NCBI GenBank assembly: GCA_017524445.1
Contig: JAFXVP010000070.1
Location: 30,760 to 94,759 of the forward strand
Length of the DNA: 64,000 nucleotides
Origin: Clostridia bacterium
GTDB lineage: Bacteria; Bacillota; Clostridia; Christensenellales; CAG-138
Reading direction: 5' to 3'
Shown: piece by piece, positions 1 to 9,306 of the stretch
Layout of the letters: the number at the start of each line of letters is the position of its first letter
Numbering within the stretch: position 1 is the first letter of the stretch
Translations under genes and position numbers: made by a program
Notes under the pieces: generated by a model
What the model was told of the DNA's origin: nothing
What the model saw: only the letters and a program-made list of their open reading frames with translations
Database searches by the model: none

Positions 1-2123
1 GCTTTGATCCCTCGGTGCAGGGCACGGGCTACCGCGCGCTGACCAAAGGACAGGGAACGGGCGCGTGCTCGGTGTTCTTTACGGTCAAGCATCCGTATTT
101 TTTCAAATCCGTCATGAACCGTCAGACGGTATCCGAGAACTGGCGCAAAAACGCCTCGCTGATGCGATTGTACGGCGTGTTCAATGACGACATCATTGTC
201 AGTATGCTCTACGGCTTTACGGCAGTGCTGGTCGTGCTCGTCATGTTCGGCTCAATCTCGCTGATTTACAACGCGTTTTCGATCTCGGTTGCCGAGCGCA
301 CGCGGCAGTTCGGCATCCTGAAATCCATAGGCGCGACGAATAAGCAGATCCGCGCGTCGGTGCGCTATGAAGCGCTGGTGCTTTCCGCGATCGGCATCCC
401 GATCGGGCTCATCGTCGGCTGCGCGGGCATCGGGATCACGCTTTGGGCGATCCGCGATACCTTTACGGCGCTGATGCCGAATACCGAAACGCAGATGCGC
501 CTTGCGCTGTATCCGGCAGCGCTGTTGATCGCCGCGGTGATTGCGCTCATCACGGTGCTGATCTCCGCCGCGGTTCCCGCACGGCGGGCGGCGCGCCTGC
601 AGCCGATCGACGCGATCCGCCAGAGCGCGGACGTCAAGACGAAAGCGAAGGAGGTCAAGACTTCCAAGCTCACCGAAAAGCTGTTCGGCTTCGAGGGCGC
701 GATGGGCGCGAAGAACTTCAAGCGCAACAAAAAGGGCTATCGCGCGACGGTGCTGTCGCTGTTTATGAGCGTAGTGCTGTTCATCTCCGCCTCGTCGTTT
801 TGCACCTACCTCACCGATATGGTAAAAACGGTGTCCGAAAACAGCAGCGTCGACGTGTTCGCCAATGTGCCGGTTTATGCCGCAAAGGACGTGATGCAGC
901 AGATGCGTACGCATGACGGCGTCACGCGCTCGGCGTACTGCTTTATGCCGGATTCCGGCGTCGACGGCTTCCATGCCGATCGCGCGCTGCTGACCGACGC
1001 CTACAAGGCCGTACCGTTTCACGGATATACGTTCAACAACGAGCAGTTGGATGTGGTTCTTTCCGTTCTCTATCTGGAGGACGACGCGTTCCGCGCGCTG
1101 TGCAGGGCAAGCGGCGTCGATCCCGAGCCGTACTTTGCGGAAGACTGTCCCTACGGCGTGCTGATGAACACGGATATCACCGAGCCCGTGATCGACGGCA
1201 ATCACATGAGATACTACCGCTACGATCTGTTCCGCGACGACGCGCTGCCCGCTTCGGTGGAGACGAAGGAGATCCAAAAGCGCGACGGCTTTGTCTGGGA
1301 ATTTGAGTATGATCACGAGACGGATGAAACGAAGATCGCCTACTATCCGGAATCGTATTGGCATGAGGTTATGGAAGGCGCCGCGGAAACGCATTCGTAC
1401 ACGCTGGATCGTACGCGAGCGGACGCCGTACTCACATTCGACGAGGCGAGCGTGCCCGTGACCTACTCGTTCGACGCGTTTGTACAATCCGACGATTTCT
1501 GCATCCCGTCCGATCACGCGTCGCTGATTTATCCGTTCTCCCGCTTGCCGCAAGAGGCGTTTCGGAGCGAATCGCAGGCGCAGCTGTACTTTCAAACGAC
1601 CGATCACAAAGCGTTGACCGAGGCGCTTCTGAAGCTCTTTTCGGAATCGGAATTCCGTTACAACGCCTATGCGGGCGACATCGCGGAGGAACGCGAACAG
1701 AGCCGCATGATCGTCGGCGTCGTCAACGTGTTCGCCTACGGCTTCATCATCCTGATCTCGCTGATCGCGGCGGCAAACGTGTTCAACACGATCTGCACGA
1801 GCATCATGCTGCGCCGAAGGGAGTTTGCGATGCTGAAATCGGTCGGCATGACGGAGAAGGGAATGCGGAAGATGCTGAGCTACGAGTGCGTCATCTACGG
1901 ACTGCGCGCGCTGCTTCTGGGTCTTCCGGTCTCGATCGGCGTCACGTTCCTGATCCACCGGATCGTCGCGCAGGAGCTTCAACGCGGCTTCTACATGCCT
2001 TGGCACAGTATTCTGATCGCCACAGGCTCCGTGTTCCTCGTCGTCTTTGCCACGATGCTCTACGCGCGGCATAAGCTTTCAAAGGACAATCCGATCGACG
2101 CGCTGAAAAACGAGAACCTGTGA
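1..2123 (+). CDS. ABC transporter permease, FtsX/MacB-like, with two FtsX 4-TM modules flanking a large extracytoplasmic region; the 5' end is probably upstream of the window
   Basis: The frame of ORF 15..2123 stays open back to base 3. Two FtsX-type segments are present (AERTRQFGILKSIGATNKQI and LRRREFAMLKSVGMTEKGMRKM), each followed by hydrophobic helices. The gene ends on TGA just before a hairpin with a T-run. Confidence 0.85.
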   Translation, partial: FDPSVQGTGYRALTKGQGTGACSVFFTVKHPYFFKSVMNRQTVSENWRKNASLMRLYGVFNDDIIVSMLYGFTAVLVVLVMFGSISLIYNAFSISVAERTRQFGILKSIGATNKQIRASVRYEALVLSAIGIPIGLIVGCAGIGITLWAIRDTFTALMPNTETQMRLALYPAALLIAAVIALITVLISAAVPARRAARLQPIDAIRQSADVKTKAKEVKTSKLTEKLFGFEGAMGAKNFKRNKKGYRATVLSLFMSVVLFISASSFCTYLTDMVKTVSENSSVDVFANVPVYAAKDVMQQMRTHDGVTRSAYCFMPDSGVDGFHADRALLTDAYKAVPFHGYTFNNEQLDVVLSVLYLEDDAFRALCRASGVDPEPYFAEDCPYGVLMNTDITEPVIDGNHMRYYRYDLFRDDALPASVETKEIQKRDGFVWEFEYDHETDETKIAYYPESYWHEVMEGAAETHSYTLDRTRADAVLTFDEASVPVTYSFDAFVQSDDFCIPSDHASLIYPFSRLPQEAFRSESQAQLYFQTTDHKALTEALLKLFSESEFRYNAYAGDIAEEREQSRMIVGVVNVFAYGFIILISLIAAANVFNTICTSIMLRRREFAMLKSVGMTEKGMRKMLSYECVIYGLRALLLGLPVSIGVTFLIHRIVAQELQRGFYMPWHSILIATGSVFLVVFATMLYARHKLSKDNPIDALKNENL

Positions 2124-2131
2124 CACGATGC

Positions 2132-2157
2132 GCCCGCCGACCCCGGCGGGCTTTTTT
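2132..2157 (+). terminator. Rho-independent terminator
   Basis: gcccgccg-accc-cggcgggc stem followed by tttttt. Confidence 0.8.
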
Positions 2158-2171
2158 CATGCGCTGAGCCC

Positions 2172-2200
2172 TTGCAACGGCTGGCGGGATTTGGTATAAT
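2172..2200 (+). promoter_or_regulatory. Sigma-A type promoter, TTGCAA-17 nt-TATAAT with a TGn extended -10
   Basis: ttgcaa at 2172-2177, tgg+tataat at 2192-2200, 17-nt spacer, about 30 nt upstream of the surE start. Confidence 0.6.
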
Positions 2201-2228
2201 CAACTATATCAAACTGGGGGCATATGGA

Positions 2229-2986
2229 ATGAAGATCCTTCTGGTCAACGACGACGGCGTCGACGCGGTCGGCATCCGACGGCTTATCGAGGCGCTTTCG
2301 AAAGAGCATACGGTATGGATCGTCGCGCCGGACCGGCAGAGGAGCGCCGCAAGCATGGCGATGACGCTGAATATGCCGCTGCGCGCCGACCCGCGCGAAA
2401 TTGACGGCGCAGAGATCGCATATGCGGTCGACGGCACGCCCGTGGACTGCGCGCGGCTCGGGCTCGGCAACCTTGTGCCGGAGAAGCCGGATCTTGTGAT
2501 CTCGGGGATCAATCACGGACCGAATCTCGGAAGCGATACGCTTTATTCCGGTACCTGCGGCTGCGCGCAGCAAGCGGCGATCCTCGGCGTACAGGCAATC
2601 GCGATGTCCTTGGATCATCGCAATCCGACGCATTTTGAGACGGCGGTCGCTGTGACGAAGCACATGATCGGGATCGCGAAGCGGCATCCGCTGCCGTTCG
2701 GAATGTTTTATAATGTCAACGTGCCCGACCTCCGCCCGAGGATATCAAAGGATATCGGGTCACCGGGCTTGCCATGGTGAATTACAACGGCGTCTACGAC
2801 CGGCGCGAAGACCCGCTCGGACGGCCGTATTACTGGGTCCCGCGCGGAAAGCTCCCGTGCGATCCGGACGAGGACATCGATTACGCATGGATGAAGAAGG
2901 GCTATGTCACCGTCACGCCGATGGGCTTCCACAGCGAGAAGCTCGACGCGGTCGATCTTTCGGACGAATTCGGAGGCGAAGCATGA
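2229..2986 (+). pseudogene. surE: 5'/3'-nucleotidase SurE, split by an apparent 1-nt indel near 2729-2741 (real pseudogene or assembly error)
   Basis: The N-terminal part (MKILLVNDDGVDA...GINHGPNLGSDTLYSGT...FYNVNVPDL) is in the frame of ORF 2172..2780. The canonical continuation (DIKGYRVTGLAMVNYNGVYDRREDPLGRPYYW...GYVTVTPM) is in the frame of ORF 2774..2986. Confidence 0.85.
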
Positions 2987-4215
2987 GAGTAGCGGTCATC
3001 GGCGGCGGCGCGGCGGGACAGCTCGCGGCGATCAAGGCGGCGGAGAACGGGCATGCAGTGACGATTTTTGAGAGCAACGAAAAGCTCGGCAAAAAGCTGT
3101 TCATCACCGGCAAGGGCCGCTGCAACGTCACGAACGCGGCGGACCGGGAGGGCTTCTTCCGGCACGTCGTGCGGAATCCGCGGTTTTTGTACAGCGCGTA
3201 TGCGCATTTCGACAGCGCGTCGATCATGGCGCTCATCGAGGCGGCGGGCGTGCCGCTGAAGGTAGAGCGCGGACAGCGCGTGTTTCCGGCGTCCGACCAT
3301 TCGAGCGATATCCTGAAAGCGCTTGAAAAGACGGTGCGCGCCCGCGGGGTCACGGTGCGGCTCAATACGCGTGTTTCGGCAATTTTGACAAACGTCGGCG
3401 CAGTCTCCGGCGTGCGCGTCGGGGAGACGGTCGAACCGTTCGACGCAATTGTTCTCGCAACGGGCGGGCTGTCATATCCCTCCACCGGCAGTACCGGCGA
3501 CGGGTTCAGGTTTGCACAAATGCTCGGGCACACGATCGTTCCGCCGAAGGGTTCGCTCGTGCCGCTCGAAACGGAGGAAACGTGGTGCACGGATCTGTCC
3601 GGACTGACGCTCAAGAACGTCACGCTGACCGCGTACAACCAAAAGGGCAAGGAGGTTTATTCCGAGCTCGGCGAAATGCTGTTCACGCACTTCGGTGTGA
3701 GCGGTCCCTTGGTGCTTTCGGCGTCGGCGCTCGTCGCGGAGGAGCCGGAGGGGACGCTCCTTTCGATCGATCTGAAGCCCGGGCTTTCGGAGGAGCAGCT
3801 TGACGCAAGATTGCTGCGCGATTTGGCCGCAAACGCGAAAAAGACGTTTTCCGGCGCGCTGTACGGGCTGCTGCCGCAAAAGCTTCTCGGCGTGGTGCTC
3901 GAAACCGCCGGCATCGACGGTGCGGCGCAGGCGGGCAACTGCACGAAGGCGCAGCGGAGAGCGCTCGTCGATACGCTGAAGGGGCTGAAGCTGCATGTGA
4001 AAGCGGCGCGTCCCATCGCGGAGGCGATCGTCACGCGCGGCGGCGTTTCGGTCAGGGAGATCAATCCTTCCACCATGGAGTCGAAAAAAGTCGCGAACCT
4101 GTATTTTGCGGGGGAAATGATTGATACGGACGCCTTTACGGGCGGATTCAACCTGCAGATCGCCTGGTCCACTGGCGCGCTTGCGGGCAGCAGTATTCCT
4201 ACGGAGGTATTATAA
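2983..4215 (+). CDS. NAD(P)/FAD-dependent oxidoreductase, HI0933/BaiN-like flavoprotein family
   Basis: MRVAVIGGGAAGQLAAIKAAENGH dinucleotide-binding start and a GKGRCNVTN motif. The ATG overlaps the surE stop (ATGA). The upstream part of ORF 2713.. is only an overlap with surE. Confidence 0.85.
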   Translation: MRVAVIGGGAAGQLAAIKAAENGHAVTIFESNEKLGKKLFITGKGRCNVTNAADREGFFRHVVRNPRFLYSAYAHFDSASIMALIEAAGVPLKVERGQRVFPASDHSSDILKALEKTVRARGVTVRLNTRVSAILTNVGAVSGVRVGETVEPFDAIVLATGGLSYPSTGSTGDGFRFAQMLGHTIVPPKGSLVPLETEETWCTDLSGLTLKNVTLTAYNQKGKEVYSELGEMLFTHFGVSGPLVLSASALVAEEPEGTLLSIDLKPGLSEEQLDARLLRDLAANAKKTFSGALYGLLPQKLLGVVLETAGIDGAAQAGNCTKAQRRALVDTLKGLKLHVKAARPIAEAIVTRGGVSVREINPSTMESKKVANLYFAGEMIDTDAFTGGFNLQIAWSTGALAGSSIPTEVL

Positions 4216-4216
4216 T

Positions 4217-4870
4217 ATGAAACAAAGCATCGGCATCGACGGACCCGCCGGCGCGGGCAAGAGCACGGTCGCAAAGCGCGTCGCGGCGATACTCGGCATT
4301 CCGTATCTTGATACGGGCGCAATGTACCGCGCGTTCGCGGTCGCGGCGAAGCGGCACGGCGTGGTTTTTCTGGACGAGGAAACGCTCGCGAAACTCGTGC
4401 ATGAGGTCGACGTGCAGGTCCGCTACGAGGACGGCGTACAGCACATGCTGGTCGACGGTGAGGACGTCACGGGCGAGCTCCGTACCGAGGAGATCAGCCA
4501 GGGCGCGTCGCTGGTCAGCCGCGTACCCGCCGTGCGCGACCGGATGACGGAGCTGCAGCGCGAGGTGGCGCATGCACAGCGCGTGATCATGGACGGACGC
4601 GACATCTGCACGAACGTGCTGCCCGATACGCCGTACAAGTTTTTTGTCACCGCCTCTGCGGAGGAGCGCGCAAACCGCCGGTATAAGCAGCTTCTGGAAA
4701 GCGGGCAGGATGCGGACTATGACACGATCTATCATGATATCCTGCGCCGGGACAAGCAGGACAGCGAGCGCGCCTATAAGCCGCTGTACTGCGGCGCGGA
4801 CACAAAGCTCATTGACACGACCGATATGACGATCGAGGAAGCGGTGGAAGCAATTCTTTCGGAGGTGTGA
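4217..4870 (+). CDS. cmk: Cytidylate kinase
   Basis: MKQSIGIDGPAGAGKSTVAK P-loop, typical Cmk length, conserved position upstream of rpsA. Confidence 0.92.
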   Translation: MKQSIGIDGPAGAGKSTVAKRVAAILGIPYLDTGAMYRAFAVAAKRHGVVFLDEETLAKLVHEVDVQVRYEDGVQHMLVDGEDVTGELRTEEISQGASLVSRVPAVRDRMTELQREVAHAQRVIMDGRDICTNVLPDTPYKFFVTASAEERANRRYKQLLESGQDADYDTIYHDILRRDKQDSERAYKPLYCGADTKLIDTTDMTIEEAVEAILSEV

Positions 4871-4871
4871 C

Positions 4872-5471
4872 ATGCTGTATATCTTCGCCTGCATCATCTT
4901 AAAGCCGATCCTGTGGCTGTACGGGCGGCCGAAGATCCATAACGCCGCCGCGCTGAAAAGCAAGGGAAAAGTGATCTATGTTTCAAACCACGTCAGAATG
5001 AGCGATCCGATCTGGGTCGCGGCGATCGTTTGGCGGTGCATCCATTTCATGGCGAAATCCACGCTGTTCTCGTCAAAGTTCATGACGACGGTCTTCCGCC
5101 TGCTTTTGTGCTTCCCGGTCAATCAGCGCACCGCGGACACGAAATCCATCCGCCACGCGTGCGAGCTGCTCAATAAAGGCAAGGCGTTCGGTATTTTTCC
5201 GGAGGGGCATCGCTCCGCGACGGGCAGCGATATGGACGCCTTTGACAAGGGCTGCGCGTTCATCGCGCTGCGCGCCGACGCGCCGATCGTGCCGCTGTAC
5301 ATCGTGCATCACGGCAGAAAGTTCGGTGACCGCCTGAAGGTTGCGGTCGGCGATCCGATCCTTCCCGCCGAGGTCAAGGCACGCTGCCCCGGCAAGAAAC
5401 CGGTCGACGCCGTAAACGCGGCGATTACCGATTCCATGATGACGCTGAAAACGATCGCGGAGGCGCTCTGA
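4872..5471 (+). CDS. 1-acyl-sn-glycerol-3-phosphate acyltransferase (LPLAT/PlsC family)
   Basis: NHVRMSDP (HX4D-like) and FPEGHRS motifs, about 200 aa. Confidence 0.8.
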   Translation: MLYIFACIILKPILWLYGRPKIHNAAALKSKGKVIYVSNHVRMSDPIWVAAIVWRCIHFMAKSTLFSSKFMTTVFRLLLCFPVNQRTADTKSIRHACELLNKGKAFGIFPEGHRSATGSDMDAFDKGCAFIALRADAPIVPLYIVHHGRKFGDRLKVAVGDPILPAEVKARCPGKKPVDAVNAAITDSMMTLKTIAEAL

Positions 5472-7876
5472 TGCGGGTCCTGTTTGCAAAGCACAGCGGC
5501 TTCTGCTTCGGCGTTTCGCGGGCGATCGAGCTTGTCAACGGCGCGGCGGAACAGAACGCGCGCGTTTTCACCTACGGCAAGATCATCCACAACGAAGGCG
5601 TGGTCGCGGAGCTTGAAGCGCGCGGGATCCATGCGGTCGAGTTTTTGGATGCGCTTTCCGCGGGGGACACGCTCGTGATCCGCGCGCATGGCGCGCCGCC
5701 GGAGGTGTTCCGGACGTGTGAAGAAAATGGCGTGCGCGTTGTCGACGCGACCTGTCCGTTCGTCAAGCGCATCCACCGCATCGTCGAGCAGGCGGCGGGA
5801 AACGGCGAGCGCGTCGCGATCCTCGGCAAGCCCACGCATCCGGAGGTCGTCGGGATCCGAAGCCGGGCGGGGAAGAACGCCGTCGTGCTGACGGGCACGG
5901 CGGACGCGGAAACGCTGGAGCATTCCGGCGCGCTGACGTTCGTTTCGCAGACGACCGCGAAGGCGGAAACCTACGAGGCCGTTCTGTCCGTACTGCGCAA
6001 GAGATTCCCGGCGCTGTCCGCGCACTGCACGATCTGCGACACCACGCGCCGCAGGCAGGCGGAAGCGGAAACGCTTGCAAAACGGTGCACGCGAATTTTC
6101 GTTCTCGGCTCGGAAATCAGTGCGAACACCTGCGCATTGCGGGATTTGTGCAAAAAAACTTGCGAAAAGGTTGAAATCATCGACAATATCGGCAAAATTC
6201 CTCTTGCAAAAATAAAAGACGATGATATAATAGGGATTATCGCAGGCGCATCGACGCCAACAGCGATGATTAGGGAGGTTAAACAAGTAATGAGCGAACT
6301 CGAAAAGACGACAGTTGAAACCATCGAAGCGGAAGCTCCCGCTGAGGTTGTCGCCGAAGCCACTGAAGAAGTCGTTGCAGAAGCAGAGCAGGCGGTTGAA
6401 GAAACGGCAGCGGAAGCAGCGGAAGCGGTCGAAGAAGTGAAGGAGACCGTTGAAGAAGCACCGGCAGTCGTGGAAGAAGCAGTCGAAGCAGTTGAAGAAG
6501 CAGCGGCACCCGTTGCTGTCGAGGCAGAGGCGGAAGCCGAGCCGGAGACTTTTGAACAGGCCTTTGAAAAGACCGTGAAGCGGATCCGTCCGGGCCAGAT
6601 GATCACGGGCACCGTGCTCCAGATCGTGGACGGCGAAGTATTCGTCAACATCGGTTACAAGGCCGACGGCGTGATTCCGAAGGGAGAATTCTCCGCGGAT
6701 CCCGAAGTCCGTGCGGAAGACGTTGTCAAAGAGGGTGACAGCATCGACGTGGAAGTCCTTATGGTCAACGACGGCGAAGGCAATGTCCGCCTTTCCCGCA
6801 AGAATGTCGAAGGCAGAAAGCTGATGGACGAAATGTTCGCAGAAGACGTCGAAGGCAAGACCTTTGAGGCAGTGGTCAAGGAAGTCGTCAAGGGCGGTCT
6901 GATCGCCGATATCAATGGTGTCCGCGCTTTCATTCCGGCTTCGCATGTTTCCACCAAATACGTTGAAAATCTCAACGACTACGTCGGCAAGACCATCAAG
7001 GTCAAGGTCCTTGAGGCGGACAAGGCGAAGAAGCGCATCGTCGCTTCCATCAAGCAGGTCCTCATCGAGGAGGCAAAGGCAGCGAAGGCGGCCAAGTGGG
7101 ACGCGCTCGTCGTCGGCGAGAAGGTCCACGGCGTCGTCCGCCGCATCACCGATTTCGGCGCGTTCGTCGACATCGGCGGCATTGACGGTCTCGTCCACGT
7201 GACCGACTGCGCGTGGGGCAGAGTGAAGCATCCGAGCGACGCGCTGTCCATCGGCCAGGAGATCGAAGTTCTGATCCTCCGCGTCGACCGCGAAAAGGAA
7301 CAGATCGGTCTGGGCTACAAGCAGCTCCAGCCGAAGCCCTGGACCAAGGCGGCAGAGAAGTACCCCGTCGGCAGCATCGTCGAGGGCAAGGTCGTCCGTA
7401 TCGTCCCGTTCGGCGCGTTCGTCGCGCTTGAGCCGACGATCGACGGCCTCATCCACATCTCTCAGGTCGGTATCCACCGCATCGAGAAGGTCGAGGACGA
7501 GATCAAGGTCGGCGACGTGGTCCGCTGCAAGGTGCTCGACGTCAACGTCGAAGCAAAGCGCATCAGTCTCTCCCGCAAGGACGCTCTGATCGAGGAGAAC
7601 CCCGAGATCGCGGAGCAGCTCGCGGCGGAGAAGGCGGAGCGCGAACGCATCAGCGCAGAACGCAAGGCACAGCGCGAAGCACAGCGTGAGCAGCAGAACA
7701 AGGAACGCGAGGAGCGTAGCGCGCGCCGCGCGCAGGACAACGGCGAACGCCGCGAATCCCGTCCGGATCGCCGTCGCCGCAACTCCGAGGACGGCGAATA
7801 CGAGCTGCCCCCGGTAACGCAGACGACCACCTCTCTGGCGGGCCTGTTTGCAAACTATAAGCCGGACGAGGAGTAA
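5471..7876 (+). CDS. ispH: Bifunctional 4-hydroxy-3-methylbut-2-enyl diphosphate reductase (IspH/LytB) fused to 30S ribosomal protein S1
   Basis: N-terminal LytB signature (FCFGVSRAI, IHN, ATCPFV, GASTP). It is followed by an acidic E/A/V linker, four S1 repeats (GxVxxIxxxGxFVxIG-type) and a charged tail. This fusion type is known in Clostridia. Confidence 0.9.
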   Translation: MRVLFAKHSGFCFGVSRAIELVNGAAEQNARVFTYGKIIHNEGVVAELEARGIHAVEFLDALSAGDTLVIRAHGAPPEVFRTCEENGVRVVDATCPFVKRIHRIVEQAAGNGERVAILGKPTHPEVVGIRSRAGKNAVVLTGTADAETLEHSGALTFVSQTTAKAETYEAVLSVLRKRFPALSAHCTICDTTRRRQAEAETLAKRCTRIFVLGSEISANTCALRDLCKKTCEKVEIIDNIGKIPLAKIKDDDIIGIIAGASTPTAMIREVKQVMSELEKTTVETIEAEAPAEVVAEATEEVVAEAEQAVEETAAEAAEAVEEVKETVEEAPAVVEEAVEAVEEAAAPVAVEAEAEAEPETFEQAFEKTVKRIRPGQMITGTVLQIVDGEVFVNIGYKADGVIPKGEFSADPEVRAEDVVKEGDSIDVEVLMVNDGEGNVRLSRKNVEGRKLMDEMFAEDVEGKTFEAVVKEVVKGGLIADINGVRAFIPASHVSTKYVENLNDYVGKTIKVKVLEADKAKKRIVASIKQVLIEEAKAAKAAKWDALVVGEKVHGVVRRITDFGAFVDIGGIDGLVHVTDCAWGRVKHPSDALSIGQEIEVLILRVDREKEQIGLGYKQLQPKPWTKAAEKYPVGSIVEGKVVRIVPFGAFVALEPTIDGLIHISQVGIHRIEKVEDEIKVGDVVRCKVLDVNVEAKRISLSRKDALIEENPEIAEQLAAEKAERERISAERKAQREAQREQQNKEREERSARRAQDNGERRESRPDRRRRNSEDGEYELPPVTQTTTSLAGLFANYKPDEE

Positions 7877-7901
7877 TCTTCGTACGCAAAACCCACGAAT
7901 C

Positions 7902-7930
7902 AAAGCCGATCGCATGCGCGGTCGGCTTTC
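7902..7930 (+). terminator. Hairpin terminator after ispH/rpsA
   Basis: 12-bp stem aaagccgatcgc / gcggtcggcttt with loop atgc. Confidence 0.6.
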
Positions 7931-8009
7931 TCTGTACGTCGCAAAAGATGAAAATATGAAAAAATTATGAAAAATTTGAAAGAATTCTCTTCCATTCTTG
8001 AAAAGTATC

Positions 8010-8018
8010 TGTTATAAT
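8010..8018 (+). promoter_or_regulatory. Extended -10 promoter element (TGtTATAAT) for BMP operon 1
   Basis: atctgttataat lies in an AT-rich stretch about 75 nt upstream of the ATG. The same 12-mer recurs at 49280-49291. Confidence 0.4.
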
Positions 8019-8093
8019 ACGTTCGTACGTATGGCGTGCAAATTTATCCTGCACTAATACAGGAAAAAACAAATCAGGAGGAAAAAACAAACT

Positions 8094-9278
8094 ATGAAGA
8101 AAATCATTGCATTGCTGATGGTTCTCGCAATGGTCTTCGCGCTGGTCGCTTGCCAGACGAAGCCGGCAGAGCAGCCGGCAGAGCAGCCCGCAGAGCAGCC
8201 CGCAGAGCAGCCCGCAGAGCAGCCTGCAGAGCAGCCGGCAGAGCAGCCCGCTGAGCCGACCGCACCCGCTATGAAGGTCGCATTGGTTACCGACGTCGGC
8301 AACATCGATGACAAGTCCTTCAACCAGGGCGCTTGGGAAGGCGTTGTTGCATTCTGCGAGAAGAACGGCATGAAACAGGGCGAAGGTTATGACTACTATC
8401 GTCCGTCCGAGGACTCCACCGAAGCGCGTGTTGAGACCATCAAGACCGCGATCGGCAACGGCGCAAACGCGATCGTCTGCCCGGGCTACCTCTTTGAGGA
8501 AGCGATCTATCTGGTACAGAACGATTATCCCGAAGTCATGTTCCTGCTCCTTGACGGCGAACCGCATTCTGCGGACTACTCCGATTACAAGACCGCAGAG
8601 AACACGCACAACATCCTTTATCAGGAAGAGCAGGCCGGCTTCTTCGCGGGCTATGCGGCTGTTAAGGATGGCTACAAGAAGCTCGGCTTCCTCGGCGGTA
8701 TGGCGGTTCCGGCAGTCGTTCGTTACGGCTACGGCTTCGTCCAGGGCGCAAACAAGGCAGCTGAGGAAATGGGCATTGCAGATCAGATCTCCATCAAGTA
8801 TTGGTATTGCGGCGGCTTTGCTCCGACGGACGATATCAAGATCAAGATGGCAGGCTGGTTCACCGACGGCACCGAAGTCGTCTTTGCTTGCGGCGGCGGC
8901 ATCTACCTGAGCGCAGTTGCAGCGGCAAACGAAGCGAACGGCAAGGTCATCGGCGTTGACGTCGACCAGAGCGCAGAAGCGGATTGCATCATCACCTCTG
9001 CGATGAAGGGCCTCACCAACTCCGTCGTCCTCGCGCTCGAAGATCTCGCAGCGAACGGCGGCAAGTGGTCCGCAGACTATGCGGGCAAGACCGCTGTCCT
9101 CGGCGCAGCTGACGATTGCGTCGGTCTGCCCACCGCAGAAGGTTCCTGGAGACTGACCACCTTCACCGTCGACGAGTACAACAAGCTCTTTGAAGATGTC
9201 AAGGCAGGCACGATCGAGATCTCCAAGGACACCGAAAATGCACCGGCAGTCACCATTGCGGTCGACTACAACGCATAA
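8094..9278 (+). CDS. BMP-family (PnrA/Med-like) ABC transporter substrate-binding lipoprotein, probably nucleoside-binding
   Basis: Signal peptide with lipobox LVAC, then a (PAEQ)x7 linker, then KVALVTDVGNIDDKSFNQGAWEG, typical of BMP/PnrA proteins. Confidence 0.88.
   Translation: MKKIIALLMVLAMVFALVACQTKPAEQPAEQPAEQPAEQPAEQPAEQPAEQPAEPTAPAMKVALVTDVGNIDDKSFNQGAWEGVVAFCEKNGMKQGEGYDYYRPSEDSTEARVETIKTAIGNGANAIVCPGYLFEEAIYLVQNDYPEVMFLLLDGEPHSADYSDYKTAENTHNILYQEEQAGFFAGYAAVKDGYKKLGFLGGMAVPAVVRYGYGFVQGANKAAEEMGIADQISIKYWYCGGFAPTDDIKIKMAGWFTDGTEVVFACGGGIYLSAVAAANEANGKVIGVDVDQSAEADCIITSAMKGLTNSVVLALEDLAANGGKWSADYAGKTAVLGAADDCVGLPTAEGSWRLTTFTVDEYNKLFEDVKAGTIEISKDTENAPAVTIAVDYNA
8163..8258 (+). repeat. 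In-frame 12-bp tandem repeat, 7 near-perfect units plus 1 degenerate unit, encoding (PAEQ)n
   Basis: ccggcagagcag / cccgcagagcag units read directly from the sequence. Confidence 0.95.
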
Positions 9279-9306
9279 GCTCAAATCGATACAATCTATC
9301 GATCCT

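Noticed and set aside
2713-2982. Upstream 90 codons of ORF 2713..4215, which would extend the flavoprotein over the surE 3' half
   Set aside because: The Rossmann GxGxxG motif starts right after Met at 2983, and the upstream translation is Arg-rich nonsense overlapping the conserved SurE C-terminus. ATG 2983 overlaps the surE stop in a typical ATGA coupling.
8163-8258. Tandem repeats at 8163-8258 and 17909-18004 considered as a possible CRISPR or minisatellite locus
   Set aside because: The units are 12 bp, contiguous with no spacers, in frame, and inside lipoprotein genes where they encode (PAEQ)n. No cas genes are present.
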